Assembly: GCA_963815195.1 (NCBI GenBank)
Contig: CAWFGE010000015.1
Span: 288,001-352,000, forward strand
DNA length: 64,000 nucleotides
Direction: 5' to 3'
Origin: an uncultured Planctomycetaceae bacterium
GTDB lineage: Bacteria > Planctomycetota > Planctomycetia > Planctomycetales > Planctomycetaceae
The translations under genes were made by a program, and so were the position numbers. Position 1 is the stretch's first letter; each line of letters starts with the position of its first letter. Shown one piece after another: positions 1-11,900 of this stretch. The notes beneath the pieces are model-generated. The model did not search any database. It was not told where the DNA came from and saw nothing but the letters and a program-made list of their open reading frames with translations.

Positions 1-538
1 GGTCCAGATAGTAATAGTAGATCACCCGTTGCGGCCGGCGTTTGAAGGAAAGCTTGGGCTTTCGCTGGCCATACGCCAGAGCCACCGTTTTACAGGTTTC
101 CTGCACGCACAAAACGGCCACCAATCCCTCGGCCAATTTGTCCTTTCGAATCAGGTTCTGAATGAACGGTTCCTTCTTGAACTTGCCTTGGCGATACAGG
201 TAGGGCCGGCCGGCTTCCGCCGCCACGGCTTTGGCGTGATCAACCAACCGCTCCGATTCCTGTTTGAGTCGGGGCAGAAAGTCCTTCCGCTTGATCTTCA
301 AGGCATAGTCCACGAAGTCGTTCAAGCGTTTGTCGTTCCAAAACGGCAAATGGCCTTTGAAAATCACTCGATCAAAACAGTTCAAACTGGTTACAATCTG
401 TTGAGAAAACTTGGAAACAAAACTCGAAGCAAACATCCTGGCGTCCTCCAGCAGTTGGCGGTCTGACAACACCAACATGACTGGAGGACGTCAATTTTGC
501 CAGACACCTTTTTGGTTGCGGCCATCAGGCCGCGTTAG
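1..538 (-). mobile_element. Left part of the IR-less CTAAC-bounded element (second copy of 13358-15041), truncated by the window edge; its ORF starts at 436 on the minus strand
   Basis: Reverse complement matches 13358 onward; identity stops just beyond (C)CTAAC at 534-539. Confidence 0.9.
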
Positions 539-1768
539 GAGAATTCCTGAAAGAGACAGAGCGCCTAGCTGACTCGAGCGATCTGTCCAGCTTTCGAAAG
601 ACTTGCCGTACTGGACACGGCGTCTCTCCTCCAAAGATGTCCTCAATTTCAGCTTTTTCGAATTGCATCCACAACGTAAGCCAATTCTCGCTACTCTTCA
701 AACTCCAGTTCGATTTCTGCTTCCTCTTCCTCTTCCACTTCGACTGCGGATTGCAGTTCCAGGACGGCGGTGCGCAGTGGTTCGTAGATGGGGATTTCTT
801 GTCCCACAATCTCGAAAGTCACCGCCAGAGTGTATGTGGCTGCCGCCTCCGGATCGCGACTCCAGCCCTGATGCCCGCGGACGGCAATGCAAAGATCATC
901 GGGAAGAGCATTCGAGGCGACGAAAGCCCAATCTTTCTGTAGCGTGCCGACGCCCCGACGGACACCGGGCAGATGGCCCCAGTTGCTTCGGGATTCGATC
1001 CTCCAGCCCAACGCGCCACTACCTTCATCCATCTGTTCATCGTCAGATTTCAGCGCGCGTGTCAGGAAGGCTTCGAGAGATTCGCCCTTGCGATTGCTCA
1101 TCCAATCCAGCCACGTCGCCAAGTAGCCGCGATGCGTCCTTCGTGTACGTCTTGGAGCGGCGGCGTAGGATAACGTGACATCGATGCGAATCGTGAAGTC
1201 ATCGGCGGGACGGCGAAGCTCTGCGGGAATCGGAACCTGATAGATGTGGCAGTCACCTGGCCCCAACGTCCGCTCCTTGTGAGTGATGAACGTCGTCCGA
1301 AAGTCGGTGTTGGTGGTTGCCCGTTCCGTATCGGGGATGCCGTAACCAAGACGACGGAGGACATCGACTTGTTCTTCTCGGGAGAGCGCGGCGGCCCATG
1401 CCGGCCAGTGAGCCGATTGCACGATCAGCGCGCGGTAGAGGAGACAAGATTCCTCGGGAAGCAACGCCTGCAAGCGGGCCGCGATTTTCGTCACCTTGGG
1501 GGCGGCGAACGAGGTGCCGACCTCGTCTCGGTCGAAGGCTGGGCCGCCGTGAAGCGTCGAGCGGATCAGCTCAGGGTAAAAGTCGCGACCGTCTTGGGGA
1601 TTATCGACAGTTGGAGAGTCTCCGGCGGTGTGAAGAGAGTCTCCACCGTATTCGACGACATCGGGCTTGATGGATTCCCAGATACCAAGTCCTGCCCGAC
1701 TGAAGGCGGAGGGGTAGCCCTTTTCAGATGCAAAACTCCTCCAGTGGGCGGTTTCCAAGGCACCGTAG

Positions 1769-3402
1769 TTGGACAGCGCCAGTTTAGTGTGTTTTGCCTG
1801 GAAATCATGGGGTTTTGTCTTTTCGGGGTCACGTGACGCAGGATTTGATTTTGTCGACGTCGATTCCGAGGGAGAGATACAGCTGGATTCGCGTTTTGGT
1901 ATGTGAAATTTTCGACTGAACGGTGCGGTCTTGATAGTGCCGCTGGCTCTTTAAGTCCTTCTCGTAGGCTTCGTCACGAAACGGAGCGGGCAGGTGATGG
2001 TGCATCAGGTAACTGTTGAGGCTCCGGCGAACCTGTTCGACGGTGAGTTCTCCCGTCTGGTGGGTGTCCAGGCTCTGACGAATCCGGCTGCATAACAGGG
2101 AACTCAACGCGGTCACGTAGTAGTGACGATGAATGCTCCGCCAGCCACGAACTTGGAAGTGATCCATGCCCAACTCGTCTTTGGCCACGCGGAAGCAGGC
2201 TTCGATCGTCCAACGACGGAAGGCGACCCGCAGCAACCAACGCAACGTCACGCCGCCCCGCCCGACCACCTGGTTGGATAGAAAAAACTTGATTTCCCCA
2301 GTTCGCACATTCCGGGCCACAATCAAGGTCTGTTGTCGGCTGGGGAGTTTGGCTTCGGTCTTCCGCCAGACTTTGAGCCATTTGACCTCCCAGACCTCGG
2401 GACCCTTTTGCGTGTCCTTGATCCGATACCGCTGCCAAGTTTGCTTTTGAAACTTGGAAGAGAACTTGATCAAGTTGCGGACTTCGCAGGCGGGCGGCGG
2501 GCACCAGGCGCGGGGCGTCTTCTTCCCCCGCCTCGTCTTCGACTTCCGCGGTTTTGTCTTCCGCGACTTCGTTCGACTTCGCTTTGGTTTTGTGGTCCAA
2601 ACCCGCGTATCACAGGGGATTTCCGCGACATAGGCTTGCTTTCGATCCTCGAGTCCATCCAGGAACTTGCTGTCTCGGCCATACAGTTCATCGCAGGTCC
2701 ATACCGCCACGCGGATGCCATTCTGTAAAGCCCGGTCAATCAAGCCCAACGCGATTTGCGGCTTCGTCTGAAACGCGATGTCCTTGGGAATGGGATTTTT
2801 CTCTCGCCGCGCTTGGTCATCAGCCCAGTCTTCCGGCAGGTAAAGCTGACTGTCCAAAAGCGTGTGAAATCCGGGAGTCGAGTACGCCAGATGAACTCCC
2901 ACGGTGCAGTTATCGACCTTTCCCCGGTGGCCGTTGTACTGCCGGGCGGCCCCGGCGGTCTCCGAACCGCTCTTGCTGATCCCGGATTCATCCACGGTCC
3001 CAATCGCCTCCTCGTGGGCATGATCCCGGGCGAGGATCTGCTGACAGCGATCTCGCAATTTTTCCTCATCCCACTTGATCGATTCGAGAAACCGCTGTAG
3101 CGTTCGGGGAGGTTGGTTGAACTTCAACGCGATGGCCTCACAGTTCTTTCGTTTGACATCCGACAACTGACCCTTGACATAAACCCTGAACAACCGGCGT
3201 GCGGGCCAGCTTAAAAAGCAATCCGCAAACATCGCCAGAAACACTGTGAGCAGTCGACCGAGGTTCTTGATCTCTTCTAAAGTCATCATGGCGGTCCTCC
3301 GTGATCCATTTGGGTAAACTCACACGGAGGATCGCCTGATTTCATTCGTAACGGAAGGCTAAGCCGAGTACGGATTTAGAGAGTAAAGTGGCGCTGTCCA
3401 AT
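1769..3402 (-). mobile_element. IS701-family insertion sequence
   Basis: Terminal IRs TTGGACAGCGCC / GGCGCTGTCCAA; TAG duplicated at 1766-1768 and 3403-3405. Confidence 0.88.
1829..3289 (-). CDS. IS701-family DDE transposase
   Basis: Motifs VDESG..K.G, RQYNG..GKVDNC, DELYG and RWTIE..F...K.ELG.DHFQVR. Confidence 0.9.
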   Translation of the reverse strand: MMTLEEIKNLGRLLTVFLAMFADCFLSWPARRLFRVYVKGQLSDVKRKNCEAIALKFNQPPRTLQRFLESIKWDEEKLRDRCQQILARDHAHEEAIGTVDESGISKSGSETAGAARQYNGHRGKVDNCTVGVHLAYSTPGFHTLLDSQLYLPEDWADDQARREKNPIPKDIAFQTKPQIALGLIDRALQNGIRVAVWTCDELYGRDSKFLDGLEDRKQAYVAEIPCDTRVWTTKPKRSRTKSRKTKPRKSKTRRGKKTPRAWCPPPACEVRNLIKFSSKFQKQTWQRYRIKDTQKGPEVWEVKWLKVWRKTEAKLPSRQQTLIVARNVRTGEIKFFLSNQVVGRGGVTLRWLLRVAFRRWTIEACFRVAKDELGMDHFQVRGWRSIHRHYYVTALSSLLCSRIRQSLDTHQTGELTVEQVRRSLNSYLMHHHLPAPFRDEAYEKDLKSQRHYQDRTVQSKISHTKTRIQLYLSLGIDVDKIKSCVT

Positions 3403-4958
3403 TAGGCAATGGAACCCACCGTGAGCGCTTGAAGGCTTTGGCTCGGATTGGCGATACGAGAGGCGTTTTCACCCAGATAGTCGGGATACGGTTTGCCGGC
3501 GGCAATCTGTTCAGCGATGCCGGACCGGGGAGCCGGACGCGAATTCTTCAAATTGCCTGCGCTCTGAATGATCAAGACATCATAATCGTGGCAAAGCAGA
3601 TCGATTTCTGCAGCCCACGCCGACATGTGCCGCGTCCGGCAGGGCCCATCAGCATTGATGGAATGATTGAAGATTCGTGTATTGCGGGGGCCGTCATGGT
3701 ATCGCTTGACAACTTCCCGTAACACGGCCGGAGGAAACATCTCTTGGGGCATGCCACAGTTCTCGTCCAGCACACGGGCGTTTTGCACCCACGTCTTCAG
3801 ATGGACGACACCCGTCTTAGGGATGTCTTCCCCGTGAAGCACGGCTCCGGCGACTCGTGTGCCGTGACCGCCGGGCGGAACATAATCGGCAACATTGGTG
3901 TCAGAGACATTGGGTAGGAAACAATGCGAGGATTGTTTGTCGATCCCCGGTTCCAGCCAAATATGCTCCTCCTGGATTCCACTATCGACTACACAGACAG
4001 CGGGAGCGTTTTCGTCCGGCGATTGAACGTCCAGGCGTGCTGCGACCTCTTTGAGTCCACGGGCAATTTGTTGAGGCGTCTCGATCTCATCCGGTTCGGT
4101 CACTTCGAAGATGTACGGATAACTGAGTACAAGGTCTTTCAGCCCCCGACCGGGGATTTTGATGCGGAGCGTAAAGCTATCAGGAAGGCTCAACGCTTCG
4201 GTATCGGCATTGTCGACATTCATCAGGATCTCGGCCTGGTAGTGATCGATAATACCGCGGACGGTCTCAAGCCGTTGGTCCTTCAGATCGTCCCATTTGT
4301 CATAGGCTTCGAGCCGCTGATTCGACCAATCGTTCTCTCTCCGCGCCCATGTCTCATCTTTCCAACGGGGGTTTCGTTTGGGTTTGTTCGGTATTTCCCA
4401 ATCGCCGACGCAGGTAATGCCCACGTCACAGATGTAGAGTGAATAATCAGGTATCGTTGGCCACTCCTGAAACAGCGTGTCTGTGAGGATGAGTTTAAGC
4501 CGCTCTTCCTGCGTTAAATCTTCACGTAATTCGTGAATTCGCGCGACATTTGCAGAGCCTGTAATGCTGCCAACGAAATCTGTGAGTTTTTGCTGGAAGT
4601 CTTCCAGGTCGACATCTTTCGAGGCGACGATAACAAACCCGTTCTCTTGTTCCGAGACGATTTCAAAATGGAATTGTCGCCGTAAGTCATCGAGATCAAG
4701 GGACGGATCGATTTTCAGTAACAGCGGGATACCTGCTTCGATTGGCGGTAGCCCGTTTTGAACACGTGCCGTTTGACTGGTTTTCCAGTTTGCGGAGACG
4801 TTTTCTGACTGCGTTCGCAACCCTCCAGCGTGTCCTGATCGGTGGGATTTATTATTTGCTGTGGTCGGATTTTCCGCTTGAGGGGCGGGTGGGAATCGAG
4901 CGGGTCCGCGTTCGCGGAGTATCAACTGAAGATATTCAAAATTGTGATCCGGCATTGC

Positions 4959-5966
4959 CTACTCGCTTTTCGTGTCCGTATTCCGATGACTCAACTCGTG
5001 GATCGCTTTCTTGAGTAGTGATTCCGTGACGACCTTTTCGCCGCAGAGGACGGCCGCTTTCGCGGCATCTTGGGCCGCTTTCACCGACATCGCCGCGGAT
5101 GCGCCTGCGAGTTGGCTGACGAGACGATTCCAGTCCATTTTCGGGGCAACTTGCACGGCCGATAAAGTCATCCGCAACAGCTTTTCGAGTTCCTCCAGTC
5201 CCGGCAAGGGAACTTGGAAGACTTCATCGAATCGCCGAAACAAGGCTTCGTCAAGGGAGGCTTCGACATTCGTTGTCGCTACCAGGAGACCGGGCGCATC
5301 GAATTCTTCCATCAATTGCAACAACGAATTGACGATCCGGGATGCTTCTCCGATGTCTTTCGATGTGGTCCGGGAACGAGCGATAAAGTCGCACTCGTCC
5401 AAGAGCAAGACGGACGGGCGTTCTTTAGCGGCGTCAAACACGGCTCGGAGGTTTGTGGCCGATTCCCCAAAATACGACGAAAGCAGCGCATCAAATCGGA
5501 CTTTCAGAAGCGGCAGGCCCGTATTCCACGCAAGCCGCTTGGCCCCCAGCGACTTGCCGCATCCTGGTGGTCCATAAAGCAAGATCGTCTTGCGGTTGCG
5601 AAGTCCATAGGCACCAAGACGTTCCCGAGCAGCATACTCCCGTTCGATTCTGGCAAACCGCTCCTCGACCTCGGGAGGGAGGACCATGTGGTGCTCCAGT
5701 GCCTCTCGCGGAACGAGCGTCGTGAGCAATTCCCCGTGACGACGGCTAAGAGGTAACTCTTTCAGAGTGCGGTCACTGTCCGTCGTCGGAATGTGACCGG
5801 TATTTTTGGGGCGAGGTTTATTCAGGATTTCTTCAAGTTGGTTGGCAAGTCGCCCGTGACCGCTTTTCCGTTCCGACTCGACGATTCTCTGCGCGAGTCG
5901 TTCCAGATCGCTTTGCGAGCCTTCAGCAATGGCTCTTACCACCCGTTTCATAATGTCGGCGTTCAT
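4959..5966 (-). CDS. AAA+ ATPase (IetA-like partner of the subtilase)
   Basis: Walker A GPPGCGKS, Walker B LLLDE, and ATTN...LDEALFRRFD. Ends 3 bp before the protease start. Start placed at MNADIMKR. Confidence 0.9.
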   Translation of the reverse strand: MNADIMKRVVRAIAEGSQSDLERLAQRIVESERKSGHGRLANQLEEILNKPRPKNTGHIPTTDSDRTLKELPLSRRHGELLTTLVPREALEHHMVLPPEVEERFARIEREYAARERLGAYGLRNRKTILLYGPPGCGKSLGAKRLAWNTGLPLLKVRFDALLSSYFGESATNLRAVFDAAKERPSVLLLDECDFIARSRTTSKDIGEASRIVNSLLQLMEEFDAPGLLVATTNVEASLDEALFRRFDEVFQVPLPGLEELEKLLRMTLSAVQVAPKMDWNRLVSQLAGASAAMSVKAAQDAAKAAVLCGEKVVTESLLKKAIHELSHRNTDTKSE

Positions 5967-6009
5967 TTTTGTGCCGCTCTCGATTTTGAATTGGCTCAAT
6001 GAATTTGGG

Positions 6010-6276
6010 TCAAAGTCTCGGACGGACAACGTCTGATTTGCGGGTGTCCGTTTTATCGGCTCCTGGCTCTTGTAGCACATATCGCCAGCCCTCCTCACTT
6101 CGTTCCGCACGGATATTGTGTCCTCTCTCGCGAAGCGCACACACCGCTCGCGAAACCGTGGGAATCGAAATTCCAAGCTCGTCGGCGATTTTCGGAGTGG
6201 AATACCGACCACTTTGGATTAAACGAAGGACAGTTTCCAGCCGCTTTTCGATCTGCAAGGAACGCTGGTAGAGCAT
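6010..6276 (-). CDS. Small winged-HTH (HTH_11-like) transcriptional regulator
   Basis: STPKIADELGISIPTVSRAVCALRERG helix-turn-helix; first gene of the ATPase-protease operon. Confidence 0.8.
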   Translation of the reverse strand: MLYQRSLQIEKRLETVLRLIQSGRYSTPKIADELGISIPTVSRAVCALRERGHNIRAERSEEGWRYVLQEPGADKTDTRKSDVVRPRL

Positions 6277-6308
6277 AGGACGGATTCTCCGGGAGACTCA
6301 CCAAGTTC

Positions 6309-6329
6309 GTCTATCGGAATCTGATAGAC
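6309..6329. promoter_or_regulatory. Palindromic putative operator upstream of the HTH gene
   Basis: GTCTATC-N7-GATAGAC, 33-53 bp upstream of the ATG at 6276. Confidence 0.5.
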
Positions 6330-6812
6330 TTCTCAACCAATTATTTTGCACAAGGTCAGAGATTTCAAGGAGATATTGCCAACGAAGTTCTCAAATTGAG
6401 AGTCGCTCTACGATGTTCCGAGAGACCGTTTTTTTCGGCGGTCATGAAAGCCGAGTCGGCCTGGGACATTGTGTTTGGCGTGCTGCATTTCTTCAACTCG
6501 GGAATATGCGGTTTGACTTTGCCGCGAGGGCTCATCCCGTTTTGGTGGCATGGCGCAAACCCGAATCGTTTGCTGCAAACGTTTTAACAGTCACAACTTG
6601 CGACATGCACTCGCCTTGATTGTTTTTGGCATGGTCGTGTCCACAACCAATCCGATTTCAATTAACTGGCTGCGATTGTAGGGGGAAATGGTTCCGGCAA
6701 TATTCGGAAAGCGGCGAGGCGGACATCGACGTCAAATGGAACCCACTGTTGGGGCGCGATTTTGAACCTTTACCGATGAGGAGGAGGTATGCGGGTTTGT
6801 TTGCTTTTTCAC

Positions 6813-8067
6813 CAGGGCCATCGCCTATTTCACAATACCGAGGAGAGTGAAGAGGCGTTGAGAATTCCGTGTGAAGCTGCGGATTTTAGCGGCGATGTTG
6901 TCGGTTCCCAGTTGGCGGAGCCAGTTCAGGGCGGCATTTCGGAACGCCGCCAGGTTCTCAGGTGCGTGGCCCCGAAAAATCGTGCAGCGATCTTCGTCCA
7001 TCGTCGTGTCTCGAACATGATGCACTCCGTTCTCGATGGCTCCCCAGTGTCCGCGTGACAATTTCAACAACGTCGCGGCATCGGCCTGGCTGGGTTTGAG
7101 AGACGTCACGAAGTAGGCGATTTCGTGTTGCCTTTCCTCGCCGATCTGCCGCGTGCGTTCAATCCGGCAAACTTGGCCGACGTGGGGCCAATCCAGATGA
7201 TCATTCAGACCAATCGTACGGGTGAGTTCTCGCGTCTCCACCCGCCCATGTCCCTTCTCCACTTGCCGGATGGTTTCACGCTCCGCCTGCCGCTCTTTTT
7301 GCGCCCAAGGGGGAAAAAGCCGCCTCACTGGCGGCGAACTCATGCTGGATGTCTCGAAGCAAATTGGGCTGATTCTCTTTCACCTGAAAGAAATAATCGC
7401 CCCCGGAATCGACGATCTCCTCGCACAAATCCCGCTGACAGAAGATCGCATCGCCCGTGACGACGCGTCCCTCCCACACGAGGGCTTTCAACAAGTCGAA
7501 TGCGGCTTTGTGTTCGTTGGTCTTGGCATCAACCGGCAACTGAGACAACACGCAACCGGTCTGATGATCCACCGCGGCCAGCAAATGCACGGCGGGCGAA
7601 AAGTCTCGCAGCGTGCCGCACAAGGTCTTACCGTCAAACGCCACGCCCTGGAGGGTTTCCTGGTCGGCGGGAAGTTTGAGTTCCTCGGTGATCCATCGTG
7701 TGAGGATGGCTTCGAGAACCTTGGGATCGAGTTTCATCAACAGATCGCGAAAGCCATCTTTTTGGGGAGGCCTCCGCGTAAAGCCCATCGCATGCCAGAT
7801 CTCAACCGACTGATCATGCAACCATTCGACAATGCCTGTCCACCCGCGATGACCGCAGAGAAAGGCACAGACCACGGCCGTCAGCATAGCCGCTAAAGGA
7901 TGACGCCGTCCCTTACGCCCGCGTGGATCAGGAACTTGCACAAATAGGCCAACAAGCTCCCGGCGCGAGCCGGTTCCATCGAAAGTCCTCCTTGCAGAGA
8001 AAAACGTGCTCCTTAAACCCAATGTAAGTTTACCAGACCAGTCAACCCCAACAAGGCGATTACCCTG
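6813..8067 (-). mobile_element. ISAs1-family (H-repeat-like) IS; transposase split across 6825-7979
   Basis: CAGGG/CCCTG ends; 10-bp TSD GCTTTTTCAC (6803-6812, 8068-8077); motifs VPDPR, FDGKTLCG, VTGDA, VKENQP, KGHGRVETR, HWGAIEN. The empty site is visible at 45260-45269. Confidence 0.92.
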
Positions 8068-8176
8068 GCTTTTTCACCTGGCAGTATGGACAGATTCTGG
8101 CTGGATGTCTACAGTGGGGGTTCCCGATTCCATTGTCCTTTCTTCCCGCTGATCTTTGAAATGCTGGGAGCTTTTC

Positions 8177-8920
8177 ATGCCGAGTTCGGAAAGTAGCTTC
8201 TCGTCAGGTGACAGCCTCTCTTCGGAAAGCTCTCCCAGCAGTGAATCTTCGGAAAGCTCTCCCAGCAGCGAATCTTCCGCAAGCAGTTTCTCTTCGGAAA
8301 GTTCGGCGAGCAGTCGGTCCTCAAACAGCAGCGAATCGTCGGCCAGTTCTGAGAGCAGCCTCTCTTCGGAAAGCTCTCCCAGCAGTTCGTCTTCCCCGAG
8401 CAGCGAATCGTCGGCCAGTTCGGCGAGCAGCGCGTCCTCCGCGAGTAGCCTCTCTTCGGAAAGCTCTCCCAGCAGTGAATCCTCGGAGAGTTCCCCGAGC
8501 AGTGAATCCTCGGAAAGCAGCCCCTCCTCCGCAAGCAGCGAATCCTCGGAAAGCTCCGCAAGCAGTGAATCCTCGGAAAGCAGTTTGTCTTCGGAAAGCT
8601 CCGCAAGCAGTGAATCCTCGGAAAGCAGTTTGTCTTCGGAAAGCTCCGCAAGCAGTGAGTCCTCGGAGAGTTCCCCGAGCAGTGCATCCTCGGAAAGTAG
8701 CCAGTCCTCGGCAAGCAGTTCCTCTTCGGAGAGTTCCCCGAGCAGTTTATCTTCCTCAAGCAGCGAATCGTCAGCCAGTTCGGCGAGCAGCGCATCCTCC
8801 GCGAGCAGCCTCTCCTCGTCCAGTAGTTCGTCCTCGGAGAGTTCCCCGAGCAGTGCCTCCTCGTCAAGCAGTTCGTCGTCCTCCAGCAGCGAATCGTCGG
8901 CCAGCAGTGAGTCCAGTCTT
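8177..8920 (+). repeat. Coding low-complexity Ser/Glu tandem repeat (SSESS[A/P/L]-type units)
   Basis: About 245 codons dominated by Ser; inverted near-identical copy at ~44417-45160. Confidence 0.9.
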
Positions 8921-11900
8921 GTCGAGTTGTGCCAATCGACGGGGCCAAGGCGTCCCGGCAGTTCGTGCCGACTGCCGGAAACGCCTACCGACTCTTGTAC
9001 CACCTCGTGTTCGAGTTGCGATTCGGAAGCCGATGGCGACTCGACCCAATCGGAGGGCAGTTGCGGATGCGATGACGGCATCACCTGCGAGCCGCCGCCG
9101 TTGATCTCGCTGGAGAGCGAAACCTCAGCCGATGCGGAATGCCTGCCTCCGGCGGATACCTCGGACGATCAACTGGATTCGATCCGGAATCTGGGACGGT
9201 GCGGCAATCTCTGGGTCGATGTGGGAACCGGGGCGGTCAGTGCCGGGTACGGGCTGCCGACCGGGGCCAGTTTCACTCCCGACTTGGGGATGTTTTACAA
9301 TTCGCAATCCTCCGAACCCGGCGGTTGGACGGGATCGTTTGAGCGGTATGTCGAAGAGCTCGACAATGGGAATGTGATCCTTTTCCTGGGAACCGGCGAG
9401 GTCTACTGTTACGAATGGGATGAAAACTCGGGAGAATACGTGCGGCCCGATGGAGCGCCTGGCGAACTCACGCAATCGACGAGCCCGCCCGGTTGGACGG
9501 AATCCGATGATGACGGCAACGAGTTTCATTACACGCAGACAGACAGCCTGGGTTTGTTGTCTTCCTTCACCAACGGGGCGGGGGCCACCTGGAATGTGAC
9601 GACCGACGCCAATCACAACATTACGCAAATCGAAAACCCCGCCGGCGAAGTCACGACCTTCACCTACGATGAAGCGGGGCGATTGACCAAAATCACCGAA
9701 CCCGGCGGACGCGAAACGACCTTTGAGTACGATGGCGACAACCTCAGCAAGATCACAGGACCGGACCTGTGCGTTACGGAATACGAGTACGATGCCCAGG
9801 GGCGGTTGACAGGCCAAGTCAACCCGAATGGGGGACGCTCGACCCTCACATACGATGCATCGGGAAATGTGCAGACTTGCACGAACCCAGCGGGAAATAC
9901 GACGACCTATTCGTTCGATCTGTCGTCCGTGAGCATCACCAACCCGGAAGGTAAAACCTCCCAAGTGGAACTCAACCCGGACGGCAGCGTGACCAAGCTG
10001 ACCGATCCACTCGGTAACGAAACGAAGCTGACCTGGAACGACAAAAAACAGGTAGCTTCGTTGGAAGATGCGATGGGACGGCGGACGAGTTACACCTATG
10101 ACGGGAACCAACTCAAAACCGCCACTCGCCCTAACGGGACAATCTCCACCTACACTTACAATGCGAACAAGCGTCTCACGGGCCTGAAACTTCCCGGTCA
10201 AGGCGTGTATACGGTTCTGCGTGACAGCAACGGGCAACGAATCGCTCAGATCGATCCGCTCGGCAATCGAAGTTCCATGACCTATAACGCCAAGGGGCAA
10301 CTCAAATCGGTCACGAATCCGCAAAACGAAACCATCACTTACGTTTATGATGCCAGCGACCAACGCGCGGCCCGCATCAATCCTTTGGGCGAGCGGCTGA
10401 CCTATTCGTACAACAGCAACGGGGTTTTTCAGGGCACGGTTTCGCCCTTGGGAGCCCGGACCACGTTGATCAAAAACGATCTGAATCTGACCACTGTGTC
10501 CATCAATCCGCTCGGGAACCGCACGAGCTACACCTACGATGCCAACGGCAACCGCTTGACCTCCACCAACCCCCTCGGCCACACCTCCGAGACAATCTAC
10601 AACCCAGGCAACCGCCCTCTGGCCCACATCGACCCGCTAGGGAACCGCACCAGTTACACCTACAACGCGGTAGGTCGTCTCCGCCGGAAGGAAAATCCCC
10701 TCGGGAACATCACGACCATGGCCTATGATGCGGCCAATCGCCCCGTGGCTCGCATTAATCCGCTCGGTCAGCGGAGCACCACCATCTACGACGAGAGCAA
10801 CCTGCCCATCGCTCAGATCAATCCCGCCGGGGAACGCAGCACGACGGTCTACGATGACGACTACCGCGCCATTGCCCAGGTGGATCCGTTAGGAAATCGC
10901 AACACCACGATCTACGACAACAACAGCAACCCCATCGCCCAGATCAACGCCCTCGGCAACCGCAACACCACGATCTACAACAAGAACAACCAACGCATCG
11001 CGAGCCTCAACACCCTCGGCAACCGCAACACCACCGTTTACGACTCCAGTGGGAGGCCTCTCGCGCAAATCAATCCGGAAGGCGAAAGAACCACCACCGT
11101 CTACAACACCGCCGGGCAAAGCGTGGCGAGCATCGACCCACTCGGCAATCGCAACACATCGGTCTACGATCAAGACGGCCGAACCATCGCCTCCGTCAAT
11201 CCGCTCGGGAACCGCAGTACGACCGTTTATAACGCCGCCAACCAGGCGATTGCCAGTATCGACCCGCTCGGCAATCGTAACACCACGATCTACAACGCCG
11301 TCGGCCGATCTGAAGCCAGTATCAACCCCCTCGGCCACCGAACCACGACTATCTACGACACCGCCGGTCGCACCATCGCCAGCGTCGGTGCCCTCGGCAA
11401 CCGCAACACCACGATCTACAACGCTGCCAACCAAACCGTCGCCACAGTGGATGCCCTCGGCAACCGCACCAGCAGTACCTACAACGCCGCCGGGCAAGGC
11501 GTGGCCAACATCAACCCGCTCGGCAATCGCACGACCACGGTTTACGACACCGCCGGTCGCCCCGCCGCGAATCTCGATCCTTTGGGCAACCGCACCACGA
11601 ATGTCTACAACGCCGCCAGCCAGGTGATCGCTTCGGTCGATCCCTTGGGAATTCGCACCAGTAGCATCTTCAACGCGACCGGGCAAACGATCGCCAATAT
11701 CGATGGCGAAGGCCACCGCACCACCTCCAGCTACGACGCCGCAGGGCAACAAATCGCAACCGAAGACGCGCGCGGAAACCGGTCGACCACGATCTACAAT
11801 GCCGCTGGAAATACAATCGCCCAGGTCGACGCTCTCGCCAACCGCACGAGCCTTACCTACGACGCAGCGGGGAGGAACATTGCAACGACGAATGCCAACG

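Larger units (their letters stand above)
691..4955 (-). pseudogene. S8 subtilisin-like protease (IetS-like), interrupted by an IS701-family element
   Basis: N-part 3403-4955 has VVDSG (Asp), HGTRVAG (His) and SAGN. C-part 691-1768 has KPDVV and GTSFAAP (Ser). Removing the IS rejoins GSIA-YGALETAHW in frame. Confidence 0.88.

Noticed and set aside
8177..8920. Short regular repeats resembling a CRISPR array
   Set aside because: Codon-phased degenerate repeats with no unique spacers and no cas genes.
8074..9104. Leu/Glu-rich antisense ORF and Arg/Ala/Pro alternate-frame ORFs (also at 44202-45263)
   Set aside because: Shadows of the low-complexity Ser tract, which is in frame with Rhs and has an RBS.
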